DNA of 64,000 nucleotides from Parcubacteria group bacterium Gr01-1014_8 (GTDB lineage Bacteria > Patescibacteriota > Minisyncoccia > Phycocordibacterales > UBA2100). Shown here in pieces: positions 1-9,523 of this stretch (its first letter is position 1; every line of letters starts with the position of its first letter). The stretch is taken from assembly GCA_007376385.1 (NCBI GenBank), contig VMGC01000002.1, forward strand, positions 64,001 to 128,000, written 5' to 3'. Made by a program: the position numbers and the translations under genes. Below the pieces are notes generated by a model that was given only the letters and a program-made list of their open reading frames with translations, did no database searches and was not told the origin of the DNA.

Positions 1-623
1 CAGAATCTCTTTCGTTCATCCTCGGTCAAATATTCCATACTTTGGGGAGCGCGAGGCGTGGCGGGATGTCCTCTCTCGAAAAGCTGCGTCAGCGTGCCGA
101 GAGGATCAGTTGCGGCTCGCGGTCGAAGTGTCGGAGAAATGCTGTCGATGTGTTTTCGAAGAAATGTTCCGATATCGCGAACAAATCGGTTCGATGAGTC
201 TACGGAGCCGATGGAATTTATCGAAAGAACACGGCGGCTTATTCCCGCATCAGCGGCGATCGCATCAGCAACCACGATGAGGAGAGCCTCGGCCATCGCA
301 TGCGGTGCGCCAACGATATGCAGCTCTATCGTGTGGCACGGAATGTTGGAGCGGTCACGCGCTGCATTTTTATTAAGACGCCAGATGAGGAGAACATCAT
401 TTTGATTACGGGCGGCAGAGATGCACAATTTAGCAGACAGCATCAAAGAACGTTCGTCCCGCCTCGCAAATGACATCTCGGGCTCTCGTTTTGACGAGGG
501 AGCTTGAAGACGAACGCGCTGCAATTTGTCGATGGGCGTGAATCCGTAATATTCAGCGATGCGGATGGCGCTTCCGAGAAATCCTGATGTGTTCGGGTGC
601 CGTGTGTCTTTTAGACGGATCAT
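1..623 (-). CDS. Histidyl-tRNA synthetase-like protein (HisS/HisZ family), N-terminal part; ORF is open at the window edge and continues past position 1
   Basis: Minus-strand translation runs from ATG at 621-623 (MIRLKDTRHP...) to position 1 without a stop. It contains 'EMSFARRDERSLMLSAKL' (similar to the HisRS 'EMYTFEDRxGxSLTLRPEGT' region) and 'VLSINSIGSV' (similar to the HisRS 'LELNSIGS' region), in HisRS order. LRPEGT and the motif-2 Arg residues are degenerate, so it may be a HisZ-type paralog. Confidence 0.4.
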   Translation of the reverse strand, partial: MIRLKDTRHPNTSGFLGSAIRIAEYYGFTPIDKLQRVRLQAPSSKREPEMSFARRDERSLMLSAKLCISAARNQNDVLLIWRLNKNAARDRSNIPCHTIELHIVGAPHAMAEALLIVVADAIAADAGISRRVLSINSIGSVDSSNRFVRDIGTFLRKHIDSISPTLRPRAATDPLGTLTQLFERGHPATPRAPQSMEYLTEDERKRF

Positions 624-759
624 ATTAGATTTTGTTAGCGAATAAAATGAGCTTAGAAAATCTTATACCCTGTTAAATACGACCTTTCCAAGGTCGTCCA
701 GCCTCCGGCGGGATTTAACAGGGTTTAGAAAAATATAGTCGCTCATATTCATTCGCTCG
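624..759 (-). terminator. Intergenic hairpins downstream of lepB: cgacctt-gga-aaggtcg nested inside the 11-bp inverted repeat ccctgttaaat/atttaacaggg
   Basis: Inverted repeats seen directly. On the minus strand the inner hairpin is followed by a T-rich stretch. Confidence 0.3.
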
Positions 760-1416
760 TTATATTTCTAAATACCGCGCTTCTGCCGGAAGCACGCCCA
801 ATTTCGAAATAGGGAACAATCGCAGGAGGACACGTCCGACGATATTTTCGCGCGGGAGAATTCCCCACGTACGAGAGTCTGATGAAACGCGGCGATTGTC
901 TCCGAGTACAAAAAATTGATCGGACCCGAGCGTAACGGTTGTGCCCATTGGCCCGCCAATATTCTCAAGCGAGAGATATGGCTCATCGAGATAGAACCCC
1001 TCTGTGTTCTCAGCATTTTGGATCCTGACGCCTTGGCTATCTACCTGAACTGTTTCTCCGGGGAGGCCGATAATTCGTTTTATAAGTGTTCGGGAGTATT
1101 CTTGCGGCAAGTGAAAGACAATAACGTCACCACGCTGAGGTTCCTCAAAGCGGTACGATATCCTATCAGTTATCAAATAGTCCCAATTATTGAAGTTGTG
1201 TTCCATCGAACTGCCTGCAACGACGTACGGAGCTGCAATAAAGAAGCGAATGATGAGCGCGAGGATGAGCGCGAACACCGTGTAGCCGAAAAGAGCGCCG
1301 CGACCACTCGACGACTGTACGGGCTCGAGAGAAATCGAAGAAATGTGTCGCAGCGCGGCGTCAGACCCACTATTTTCCTGGTTTCCTTCCCGTCCATTTT
1401 GAAAAAGTTCACTCAT
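760..1416 (-). CDS. lepB: Signal peptidase I
   Basis: N-terminal TM segment, 'GSSMEHNF' Ser box, 'GDNRRVSSDSRTWG' GDNR/SxDSR box. Confidence 0.9.
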   Translation of the reverse strand: MSELFQNGREGNQENSGSDAALRHISSISLEPVQSSSGRGALFGYTVFALILALIIRFFIAAPYVVAGSSMEHNFNNWDYLITDRISYRFEEPQRGDVIVFHLPQEYSRTLIKRIIGLPGETVQVDSQGVRIQNAENTEGFYLDEPYLSLENIGGPMGTTVTLGSDQFFVLGDNRRVSSDSRTWGILPRENIVGRVLLRLFPISKLGVLPAEARYLEI

Positions 1417-1728
1417 AAAGTGACTTCAGGCGGGTACATCGCGCGCATTCTACTACTTAACAGTAATTGACACCAAGCGGGAGGGGTGTTGTATGTGGAA
1501 AACAATATATTTTTTCTCGCACGGATATTTTTTTGCTAAAAAAGTTCGCTCGGTATTCCTCTCGCTGAACCCGAGCGCATATTTCCGGCGATATGTGCCC
1601 TTATGCTTCAACGCGCAACTCCTCACTTCATTCGGAGACCCAGGCTTGCGCGTTTCCAGAGATTCAGCGAGAGGAATACCCGCTTGAATGAAAAATATTT
1701 ATTGGCGAGCGTTGCGAGTGACGCGAAA

Positions 1729-1775
1729 ATGTACTCATTTTCATGTCCGAGCCGGGGAGCCAAAACAGGGTCGAG
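1729..1775 (+). repeat. Conserved ~40-nt element, copy 1: hairpin gaaaatg-tact-cattttc followed by the box TCCGAGCCGGGGAGCCAAAA
   Basis: Same element at 13437-13478 and 50171-50210. Consensus: GTA(A)CTCAyTTyc..TTCCGAGCCGRGGAGYCAG.AAA. Confidence 0.6.
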
Positions 1776-1940
1776 TGCCCTTTATCTGCTATGATGTTTC
1801 GTTATGACCCGGTAGTAGAATTTCGGCTTGTCTTGTCTAAATCGAATAACACAATTAATCTATATATTCAAAGATGACCCTATGACGTTTTTACGACCAC
1901 GACCTGCGCGTCGCGCCAGCCGAAATTCCACTAACCGGGT

Positions 1941-2534
1941 ATGACATGGGTGATCGTTGGCCTCGGAAATCCAGGAGAGGAGTATGAGCATACTCGCCAC
2001 AACACCGGCAGAATGGCTGTCCAGCACTTTGTGCGCTCAAAAAAGATAGGTGAGTGGAAAGAAGATGCAAAAGCGAAGTCGCTTGTCGCGCGAGGCATGG
2101 TTGAACGCTCGCTCGCCGCGTTCGTGTTGCCTGAAACGTTCATGAACAAGTCGGGAGGCGCGCTCACGAAATTCGTAAAGAGCATGAAAGCAGCAGAAAA
2201 TCTCGTTGTGGTCTACGATGAGCTTGATCTGCCTCTTGGAGCGATGAAAATTTCGTATGACCGTGGTAGCGGTGGACACAAAGGCATTGAATCCATCATG
2301 CGTGCAGTCAAAACGAAAAAATTCTGGCGCATTCGCATCGGTGTTTCGCAGTCTACGGCTGGAGGAGAGATAAAAAAACCTCACGGCGGCAAAGCGGTGA
2401 ACGATTTTATACTTGATATATTCAAACCGCACGAACACGCGGTTCTAAAGACCGTATTCAAGCGCGTCGAGAACGCACTCGAAAGTATCATCGTCGACGG
2501 ACCTGAGAGAGCGATGAATCAGTTCAATTCATAA
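1941..2534 (+). CDS. pth: Peptidyl-tRNA hydrolase
   Basis: N-terminal 'WVIVGLGNPGEEYEHTRHNTG' Pth signature; 197 aa. Confidence 0.9.
   Translation: MTWVIVGLGNPGEEYEHTRHNTGRMAVQHFVRSKKIGEWKEDAKAKSLVARGMVERSLAAFVLPETFMNKSGGALTKFVKSMKAAENLVVVYDELDLPLGAMKISYDRGSGGHKGIESIMRAVKTKKFWRIRIGVSQSTAGGEIKKPHGGKAVNDFILDIFKPHEHAVLKTVFKRVENALESIIVDGPERAMNQFNS
2455..2534 (+). repeat. Direct repeat 1 (native pth 3' end); a diverged second copy is at 3775-3851
   Basis: About 75% nucleotide identity over ~78 bp. The copies encode FKRVENALESIIVDGPERAMNQFNS and FKRVEHALETIILDGGMKAMNQFN. Confidence 0.7.
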
Positions 2535-2539
2535 AGCTC

Positions 2540-2992
2540 ATGAGCGAGCAAAAACGTGGCCGCGATAAAACTCCGCCGTTGTCGTTGAAAACGGTACTTA
2601 AAGAAGGAGACATTCTTCTCGAAACATGGCTGGATGCACATCACAAACAATTTCTCGGAAAGGTTGAAATCGAACCGCACGAGGATTTTCATTATCTTCG
2701 TGATACGGAAAGTTTAGTTACAACGAAAGGAATTGCGGGCGTTATGATCGATACGGTGAATCGTTTCCTTGAATCCGAAAAGAAAATAGGACTCCTTACG
2801 GAAGTAATAAGTCCTGATTCTCAGTACGCAAACGGTATGTATGAGCGGCGCGGTTGGAAACGCGTCCATCCGCACATGGCCGTACTGGTATACGTGCCGA
2901 ATGGTCTTAAAACCCCGTCGGCATCTGAGGCATTCGCAATGCGGCGAACGGTGCGTTATTTTGCTCGCCGTTGGCCCAATGCTTCTGATTGA
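2540..2992 (+). CDS. Hypothetical protein inside the pth-tail-flanked insert; weak GNAT-like C-terminal motif (..IGLLTEVISPD..ANGMYERRGW)
   Basis: 150-aa ORF directly after pth. No firm motif. Confidence 0.35.
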   Translation: MSEQKRGRDKTPPLSLKTVLKEGDILLETWLDAHHKQFLGKVEIEPHEDFHYLRDTESLVTTKGIAGVMIDTVNRFLESEKKIGLLTEVISPDSQYANGMYERRGWKRVHPHMAVLVYVPNGLKTPSASEAFAMRRTVRYFARRWPNASD

Positions 2993-3025
2993 ACGACTTA
3001 AGCAACAGGTTTCAGAGTCATCCGA

Positions 3026-3050
3026 ATGTCCGAGGTTCGACCTCGGACAT
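3026..3050. repeat. REP-like 25-nt palindromic hairpin atgtccgagg-ttcga-cctcggacat (left flank of the RAYT gene)
   Basis: 10-bp stem with 5-nt loop. It is the exact reverse complement of the element at 3736-3760. Confidence 0.8.
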
Positions 3051-3057
3051 GTTGTGC

Positions 3058-3735
3058 TTAATCGGTATTAAGCTTGTATGCAAGCCACTCATTTATGTGC
3101 TTTTTGAATTCGGAAGGTGTTGAGAAATATTCCGGCATCGCTTTAGCGTCAATCAGCTTATTTTCAGGACGTTCCACTCCCGAAAAATCGAGATAGCTTG
3201 AATAAGGATACCTTTCTAGAGATTTTAAATTCGCGAGAGCAGACAAAGTCTCCTTTTCAAACGTCTTCGTAAGTGCGACTGGATTCAGATGCACGTACGC
3301 TATGAGGTATTTGAGATACCGATCATCTTTTGCATGAACGGCTTTGAATTTTCCTTGAAGGAGTGCTCCGTTGCGTTCATGTCGTTTGTTGAAATACATC
3401 GTATAGCCTGTTATGACTTTCTGCATGAATTTACTTATCCCGCCCACGCCAATTTCTCGGAGTATCAGGTGAAAATGATTTGGCATGAGGCAATACGCCG
3501 CGACGTCCACAAGTGGAGAGCCACGCGGCAGTTCCAAAGCTTCACGCAGTGAGTATCTACTTAGCCGTTCATCGAGCCGTTCTTCCTGGTTGCAGGAATA
3601 AAGGAGGGTTAGGAACCGCTCATAGTCACCGCGTGAGCTAAAAATCGAGCGCTTCTCGGTTCCCCGATTGTAGACATGATATATCTCATCGCTTGCGAAC
3701 TCTATTTGCCGTGTCACCCGGTGATTATAAAACAA
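3058..3735 (-). CDS. REP-associated tyrosine transposase (RAYT) / IS200-IS605 TnpA-like HUH Y1 transposase
   Basis: 'CLMPNHFHLIL' HuH motif and a C-terminal 'YLIAYVHLNP' tyrosine region. Flanked immediately on both sides by inverted REP hairpins. Confidence 0.8.
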   Translation of the reverse strand: MFYNHRVTRQIEFASDEIYHVYNRGTEKRSIFSSRGDYERFLTLLYSCNQEERLDERLSRYSLREALELPRGSPLVDVAAYCLMPNHFHLILREIGVGGISKFMQKVITGYTMYFNKRHERNGALLQGKFKAVHAKDDRYLKYLIAYVHLNPVALTKTFEKETLSALANLKSLERYPYSSYLDFSGVERPENKLIDAKAMPEYFSTPSEFKKHINEWLAYKLNTD

Positions 3736-3760
3736 ATGTCCGAGGTCGAACCTCGGACAT
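3736..3760. repeat. REP-like 25-nt hairpin atgtccgagg-tcgaa-cctcggacat (right flank of RAYT; inverted copy of 3026-3050)
   Basis: Seen directly. Starts 1 nt upstream of the RAYT start codon. Confidence 0.8.
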
Positions 3761-3774
3761 TGTGGATAAAATAG

Positions 3775-3851
3775 TTTTCAAGCGCGTCGAGCATGCGCTT
3801 GAGACAATTATCCTCGATGGCGGAATGAAAGCGATGAATCAGTTCAACTAG
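3775..3851 (+). pseudogene. Diverged duplicate of the pth 3' coding end (direct repeat 2), ending in TAG
   Basis: Aligns to pth 2455-2534. No upstream pth body, so it is a displaced gene tail. Confidence 0.65.
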
Positions 3852-3898
3852 ATATCCAGAGCGGCAAGATCATGTTGTTTCTGTGCAATAATAAACGC

Positions 3899-4336
3899 AT
3901 GGCGGATCCGTCAGAACAAATGCGACCAAATTATCTGCGTCCAGATCCGGAGCTTGAGATAAAGCAGACTCCTGATGAGTGGGGAGTCTTTTTGGCAACG
4001 AGATCTTTTAATGATATTAAGAGTAGATTCGAATTAGAGATTGGCAACATTGAACGCCGAATTAGTGGTGCAGAGGAAGACATGCGTAATCTCTCAGGAA
4101 AATCAGATGATGTTTCAAGAAAATGGCGTGAATACTCTATGCAAACACTGCAGAGTTGTTTAAACGAAGTAATTCCGGCACGTCTGCCGGGTTTTCAGAG
4201 AGGCGTGGATAGAGTCAATGCACGTCAAGAATTTACCGAACTGCAAAAGGAAGAGATTGCGGCAATCGTCGATAGGCTAAAAATAGCTCGTGGCCAAGCT
4301 GAAAGCGCACTAGCGAAATTTACGCTACCGGCTTGA
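3899..4336 (+). CDS. Hypothetical protein (start taken at MADPSEQ)
   Basis: ORF only; no recognisable motif. Confidence 0.35.
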   Translation: MADPSEQMRPNYLRPDPELEIKQTPDEWGVFLATRSFNDIKSRFELEIGNIERRISGAEEDMRNLSGKSDDVSRKWREYSMQTLQSCLNEVIPARLPGFQRGVDRVNARQEFTELQKEEIAAIVDRLKIARGQAESALAKFTLPA

Positions 4337-5534
4337 GCGTCATCCTTCGCTCCTTGGGTTCGAAGAGCGTGATAGAGAACGGATACACTTTGCCGAGCTC
4401 TAATTTTGCGCGAAGTTCTGCTTCGTCCTTGAATTCAGAGACGTGTACGAGTCCTGCAACGCCTTCTTCGATAGATGCAAGAGCGCCATGCTTGTTGTAT
4501 TTGATGATGACCGCATTCACCGTCTGATCTTTTTTATACTGTGCAGCGGCAGATTTCCACGGGTCGTCGGTGAGCGCCTTTATGGAGAGGGATACTTTAT
4601 CGTCTTTTATCTCGATGACCTTTACATTCACTTTCTCGCCGACTTTGTAGCGAGTTTTAGGATTCTCAACGAGCGCCCAATCCATTTCTGAGATGTGCAC
4701 CAATCCCTCTAAGCCTTCTTCGAGTTTTACGAATACGCCGAAGTCTGTTGCGCCAGTCACGATGCCTTCAAGCGTATCGCCGACGTGATATTTCTCAACA
4801 AGGGAGGAGCGCTCCGTGCTTCCTGCGCCCTTCTCGCTGAAAATAAGTTTTTGTTCTTTCGGATTTGCGGTAATGATGAGAACTTCCAGGCGCTGGCCGA
4901 TAAGTTTTTTCAATTCCACGAATATCTTGTCCTTATCTCCATCCGGCACTCGCGGATAGTGCGCAGGTGCGAGCTGGGAAGCAGGAAGAAATCCCTGCAA
5001 GCCGTTCCAGGCGATGATGAGACCTCCCTTGTTTGCATCAGTGATGGGAAGTTCGAGCACTGTTTTCTTTTGCGATGCTGTTTCCGCCTCGTTCCAGATG
5101 AGCGCTTGGCGCGCTTCGCGGAGAGAGAGCTCAATGTAACCTTCAGTGTTGTCGCTTCCAACGACCTTAGCTGTAACAGTGTCTCCGATGTGAACGTTCT
5201 TGAGAGCCTCTCGTGCAGAGAGGTATTCACGGCCGTAGATAATGCCTGTCCCGAATGGGTGGAGGTCAACGAACACGCGCGCGCGGCCCACCGCAATAAC
5301 GGGTCCTTCGACAACGTCATCATTTGCAGGAGGTTTAGGCGCGCTCTCCATGAGCTCAGCCATCGGGCCCTGCTTTGCTGCCGCTACTGCTTCTTCTTCA
5401 ACGTCTTCGAGCTCTTCCTTTTCCTTAACTTCTTTTATTGCTGTGACCATCGTTGTGTCAGCTGTGGGTACTTCCGCTCCTTCCGTGTCTGTCGCCGAGA
5501 TTTTCTTGACGGCACTCCGTCTTAGAAAATCCAA
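4320..5534 (-). CDS. rpsA: 30S ribosomal protein S1 (four S1 domains, short form)
   Basis: Repeated S1 domains (..GxVxGxVxxIxxFGxFVxL..), e.g. 'GLVHISEMDW', 'GLVHVSEF'. Confidence 0.8.
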   Translation of the reverse strand: MDFLRRSAVKKISATDTEGAEVPTADTTMVTAIKEVKEKEELEDVEEEAVAAAKQGPMAELMESAPKPPANDDVVEGPVIAVGRARVFVDLHPFGTGIIYGREYLSAREALKNVHIGDTVTAKVVGSDNTEGYIELSLREARQALIWNEAETASQKKTVLELPITDANKGGLIIAWNGLQGFLPASQLAPAHYPRVPDGDKDKIFVELKKLIGQRLEVLIITANPKEQKLIFSEKGAGSTERSSLVEKYHVGDTLEGIVTGATDFGVFVKLEEGLEGLVHISEMDWALVENPKTRYKVGEKVNVKVIEIKDDKVSLSIKALTDDPWKSAAAQYKKDQTVNAVIIKYNKHGALASIEEGVAGLVHVSEFKDEAELRAKLELGKVYPFSITLFEPKERRMTLKPVA

Positions 5535-5712
5535 GTGTAGTCGCGCAGCGAGCTACTGTGAGGCGGGTGAGTATAAACCCAAGCGTCCTATTAACTAGTA
5601 ATTAAAAATGCCCCTTGGGGCGTCGAGCACTATATATTGTATTAAACTTTGTTGCAAGAGGATGATGCCGCGAGAGTCAACGGATCGCTAAGAAACTGCT
5701 ATAATCCCGACC

Positions 5713-6348
5713 ATGATTCTTACCTACCACGAGGGGGGATGCATCCGAGCGAGTGCGGGCGATACAACTCTTGTTTTCGGGCCGGTCTCGAAGCAATCGA
5801 AAAATTTCAAGCCGACGAGTTTCGGTGCGGATGTTGCGTTCATTTCCGTGAACCATCCCGATATGAATGGCGCAGAAGAAGCCGGCCGCGGCGAGAAGCA
5901 GCCGTTCATCATCGCGGGCCCCGGCGAGTATGAGGTGAACGGCATCATCGCGGCCGGATTTTCGTCGAGATCGAAATATGACCTGTCCGGTCAGGGAGGC
6001 AGAGACCGTATCAATACAATATATGCCGTGGATTTTGATGGACTTTCTGTTCTTTACCTTGGCGCAGAATCAGAATCTGACATGCCGAAGGAGCTTCTTG
6101 AAATGGACGCGCCCGATATCCTCATTACGCCGATAGGAGGGTCAGGCGTTCTTTCTGCCGCCGATGCGCAAAAGCTGGCAGTGAAACTTGAAGCAAAAAT
6201 AGTCATTCCGATCTTCTTTGATGCAAAAACGCTGAAGACATTCCTAAAAGAGGCTGGTTCCGAAGGTGTAAAGCCGGTAGACAAACTGACGCTCAAGTCA
6301 AAGGACGTTGCCGGCAAGGAAAATGAGGTCGTCGTCTTGAGTGCATAA
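5713..6348 (+). CDS. Metallo-beta-lactamase-fold hydrolase (UPF0173-like)
   Basis: About 210 aa. N-terminal 'LTYHEGGCIRASAGDTTLVFGP' resembles MBL-fold UPF0173 proteins. Confidence 0.45.
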   Translation: MILTYHEGGCIRASAGDTTLVFGPVSKQSKNFKPTSFGADVAFISVNHPDMNGAEEAGRGEKQPFIIAGPGEYEVNGIIAAGFSSRSKYDLSGQGGRDRINTIYAVDFDGLSVLYLGAESESDMPKELLEMDAPDILITPIGGSGVLSAADAQKLAVKLEAKIVIPIFFDAKTLKTFLKEAGSEGVKPVDKLTLKSKDVAGKENEVVVLSA

Positions 6349-6766
6349 ACCGAGCGGTACGTCGCTAAAAGTGTGGCAAAATGGAGATATCCGTTTCTAC
6401 GGCTCGCACTCTATGGTAGTTCAAAAAGCAATCGCTAACTTAAAGGATAAATCGAAGGATGAAAAAAAGGCCGTCGCGAGCGGCATTGCGATCGGCGTTG
6501 TTGCGATCCTTCTAATTGGGTGGGGATTTCTTTTTGTGAAAAAAATCCAGCAGGGCGGAAAGATGAATCTCGGCGGCGGCAGACAGGCAGAGTTCGATTT
6601 TTCGAGTGTTCGTGATGCGCAGGAGCAGTTGAAGCAAGGCATTAATGCTACACAGGATGAGTTGCGGGCGATCCGCGAGTCTGCTGTATCAAATCAAGCG
6701 CCGACCGAACAGCAAGTGGACCCGTATACTCCAGAAGACCAGTTTGGCACGGATGGTTCGTTGTAA
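6341..6766 (+). CDS. Hypothetical membrane-anchored protein
   Basis: Single TM segment (GIAIGVVAILLIGWGFLFV); no motif. Confidence 0.35.
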   Translation: MHKPSGTSLKVWQNGDIRFYGSHSMVVQKAIANLKDKSKDEKKAVASGIAIGVVAILLIGWGFLFVKKIQQGGKMNLGGGRQAEFDFSSVRDAQEQLKQGINATQDELRAIRESAVSNQAPTEQQVDPYTPEDQFGTDGSL

Positions 6767-6995
6767 GTGCTCGACAAGTGGGTGGAGAGGTATCTAATTA
6801 GACGCGGAGGGAGAACACGCCTTGAGCGTGGGTTCTGGATCGTCTGCTCGTGGATGCGTCTAACGCGCCGACTTGCAGATACATTCAGAAATAATCCCTA
6901 CTGAGGGGCTCACGGATCTGGTCTTGCCGTGAGCCTTTCTCCCTATAAAAAAAGCTCCCAAAAAGAGGGATTTTGTGATACAATTTCGCTGATAT

Positions 6996-9509
6996 ATGGC
7001 ACGGGAAAAGAAGGGAATTCCGCCTGGCGGCCTGTCCGGCCAGGGAGACGGCGCCCCGGTGGCGCCGCTTAACGTTGTATCCCGCTCCATCACGACTGAA
7101 ATGCGCGAGTCGTATCTTGACTACGCGATGTCAGTCATTACCGCCAGGGCGCTTCCAGATGTACGCGACGGGCTGAAACCTGTGCACCGCAGGGTCCTTT
7201 TTGCCATGCAAGAACTGGGACTTACCGCTTCCGCGAAGACGCGAAAATCTGCAACTGTTGTTGGTGAGGTGCTGGGTAAATATCATCCCCACGGCGACGC
7301 TAGCGTGTACGATGCGATGGTGCGTTTGGCGCAGGATTTCTCTATGCGGTATCCCTTGATAGTTGGCCAGGGAAATTTCGGTTCCATTGACGGCGATAAT
7401 GCAGCAGCGATGCGATATACGGAGGCAAAAATGTCACGCTTGGCAAGCGAGATGATGAAAGATATTGAGAAGGATACCGTTGATTTTAGACCCAACTACG
7501 ACAACACCAAGCAAGAACCGACTGTTCTTCCTGCGGCGGCTCCGAATCTTCTCATCAATGGGACACTCGGCATTGCGGTCGGTATGGCATCGAACATTCC
7601 GCCGCACAATATTCGAGAAGCATGTCAGGCCTCTGTTCATCTCGTTGAAAATCCCGATGCGACAACGGACGACCTTTTAAAATTTGTGCAGGGTCCTGAT
7701 TTTCCGACTGGCTGCATCGCATTCAACCAGAAAGACCTCGCGCATGCATATTCGACTGGTCGCGGGGGCGTTGTTGTTCGCGGCGATGCGGAGATCGTCG
7801 AGGGGAAAAAGGAGGACTACACCATCATCATCACATCCATCCCATATCGCGTGAACAAAGCGGACCTTTTGCAGAGGATTGCGGATCTTGTACACGAAAA
7901 AAAACTGGAAGGCATCAGAGACGTCCGAGATGAGTCAACCAAGGATATCCGTGTCGTCGTTGAGCTGAAAAATAATGCAAATGCTCAGACTGTTCTCAAT
8001 TATTTATACAAACACACGCAACTCGAAGAAACGTTCCACTACAATGTCGTCGCGCTGGTGGACGGCGTGCCTCAAACACTGTCCCTGAAGGCCGTTCTTG
8101 AATCGTTCATATCTCACAGAAAAGAGGTTGTAACAAGAAGGACGACATTTGATCTGGATCGTGCGAAGGAGCGAGAGCACATTCTCCTGGGTCTAAAGAA
8201 AGCGCTCGATCACATAGACGAGATAATCAAACTCATAAAAAAGAGCAAAGACGTTAACGACGCGCGAGCGAGCTTGATGGCGAAATTCAAATTCTCGGAA
8301 ATTCAGGCGAACGCAATTCTCGACATGCGTCTGCAGAAGCTGGCCGGACTGGAGAGAAAGAAGATAGAAGATGAATTAAAGGAAGTGCAGGCGCTCATTG
8401 AGGAGCTGACGATACTTCTCAAAAGCGAAAAGAAACTCATGGACCTCATCAAGAAAGAGATCATCGAGATAGGCGAGAAATATGGCGACGAGCGACGTAC
8501 GAAGATCGTGAAGCGCGCGGCGCAAATGCTTTCGGCGGAAGATCTTGTTGCAGACGAGGACAGCGTGCTTGTTCTCACACAGGGCGGCTACATCAAGCGA
8601 ACGAATCCAAACGAATATCGCAGACAGAAACGCGGGGGAGTCGGTGTTGTGGACCTCGATACGAAGGAAGAGGATTTTGTCACGCAATTTCTTACCACGA
8701 GCGCGCACAGCGACCTTCTTTTCTTCTCCGATCGCGGCAAAGTGTATCAGCTGAAAATGTATGAATTGCCGGAAGGGAAGCGCGCAACCAAAGGTAAATC
8801 AATAATGAATTTCATATCTCTCGAGCAAGACGAGTCCATCACGTCAATTTTAGCGATGCCGAAGAATATGAAGGGAAGCGAAGGCTTGTCTCTTTTGATG
8901 GCGACAAAAGATGGAACGGTCAAGAAAACAGCCGCCGACAAATTCAAAGAAGTGAGGAGGAGCGGGCTTCTTGCGATATCGCTTGATAAAGGTGACTCGC
9001 TCATTTCGGCGCAATTCGTGCGAAAAGGGGATTCGGTCGTGCTCACTACCTCGAAGGGGCAATCTATCCGTTTTAAGGAATCGGATGTGCGTGAGATGGG
9101 GAGACAAGCCGCAGGCGTCCGCGGCATGAAACTCGGCGGAAGCGATGTTATTGTCGGCGCCGGAGTCGCGTCTGGCGCTGTTAACGATGGTGAACTTCTC
9201 GTCATATCTTCAACCGGATACGGAAAGAAGACCAAGCTCTCTGAATACAAGATACAAGGCAGGGGTGGAAGCGGCATCAAAACAATGTCAATAACACCGA
9301 AAACAAAACAACTTATCGGTGCGGCGGTCATTGCAAAGAAAGGCGGCGAACTAGTGGCGATGTCGAAAAAAAGCCAGACCATCCGAACGGGTCTCGATGA
9401 GATACCAACTCTTTCCCGGGCAACACAGGGCGTGCGCGTGATGAAAATGCGCGAGGGCGACCAGGTAGCGTCATTTGTTGTGTTCGAAGGAGCTGAAGAG
9501 GAGGCGTAG
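6996..9509 (+). CDS. gyrA: DNA gyrase subunit A
   Basis: '[29 protein letters not shown]', 'AAAMRYTE', C-terminal beta-pinwheel repeats; 837 aa. Confidence 0.95.
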   Translation: MAREKKGIPPGGLSGQGDGAPVAPLNVVSRSITTEMRESYLDYAMSVITARALPDVRDGLKPVHRRVLFAMQELGLTASAKTRKSATVVGEVLGKYHPHGDASVYDAMVRLAQDFSMRYPLIVGQGNFGSIDGDNAAAMRYTEAKMSRLASEMMKDIEKDTVDFRPNYDNTKQEPTVLPAAAPNLLINGTLGIAVGMASNIPPHNIREACQASVHLVENPDATTDDLLKFVQGPDFPTGCIAFNQKDLAHAYSTGRGGVVVRGDAEIVEGKKEDYTIIITSIPYRVNKADLLQRIADLVHEKKLEGIRDVRDESTKDIRVVVELKNNANAQTVLNYLYKHTQLEETFHYNVVALVDGVPQTLSLKAVLESFISHRKEVVTRRTTFDLDRAKEREHILLGLKKALDHIDEIIKLIKKSKDVNDARASLMAKFKFSEIQANAILDMRLQKLAGLERKKIEDELKEVQALIEELTILLKSEKKLMDLIKKEIIEIGEKYGDERRTKIVKRAAQMLSAEDLVADEDSVLVLTQGGYIKRTNPNEYRRQKRGGVGVVDLDTKEEDFVTQFLTTSAHSDLLFFSDRGKVYQLKMYELPEGKRATKGKSIMNFISLEQDESITSILAMPKNMKGSEGLSLLMATKDGTVKKTAADKFKEVRRSGLLAISLDKGDSLISAQFVRKGDSVVLTTSKGQSIRFKESDVREMGRQAAGVRGMKLGGSDVIVGAGVASGAVNDGELLVISSTGYGKKTKLSEYKIQGRGGSGIKTMSITPKTKQLIGAAVIAKKGGELVAMSKKSQTIRTGLDEIPTLSRATQGVRVMKMREGDQVASFVVFEGAEEEA

Positions 9510-9523
9510 TTTACGCGCGTTCC

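Noticed and set aside
58-405. 115-aa plus-strand ORF at the window start
   Set aside because: It lies entirely antisense to a longer minus-strand reading frame (1-623) with class II aaRS/HisRS-like motifs. It has a low-complexity Arg/Ser composition and no motif.
1493-1794. Small ORFs (64 and 63 aa) in the 520-bp lepB-pth intergenic gap
   Set aside because: No motif, atypical composition, and they overlap the conserved 40-nt element. The region is more likely non-coding or regulatory. Flagged under findings as a candidate ncRNA instead.
8747-9382. 211-aa minus-strand ORF, and similar ORFs at 8303-8708
   Set aside because: They lie inside gyrA on the opposite strand, have a low-complexity Ser/Pro-rich translation and no motif.
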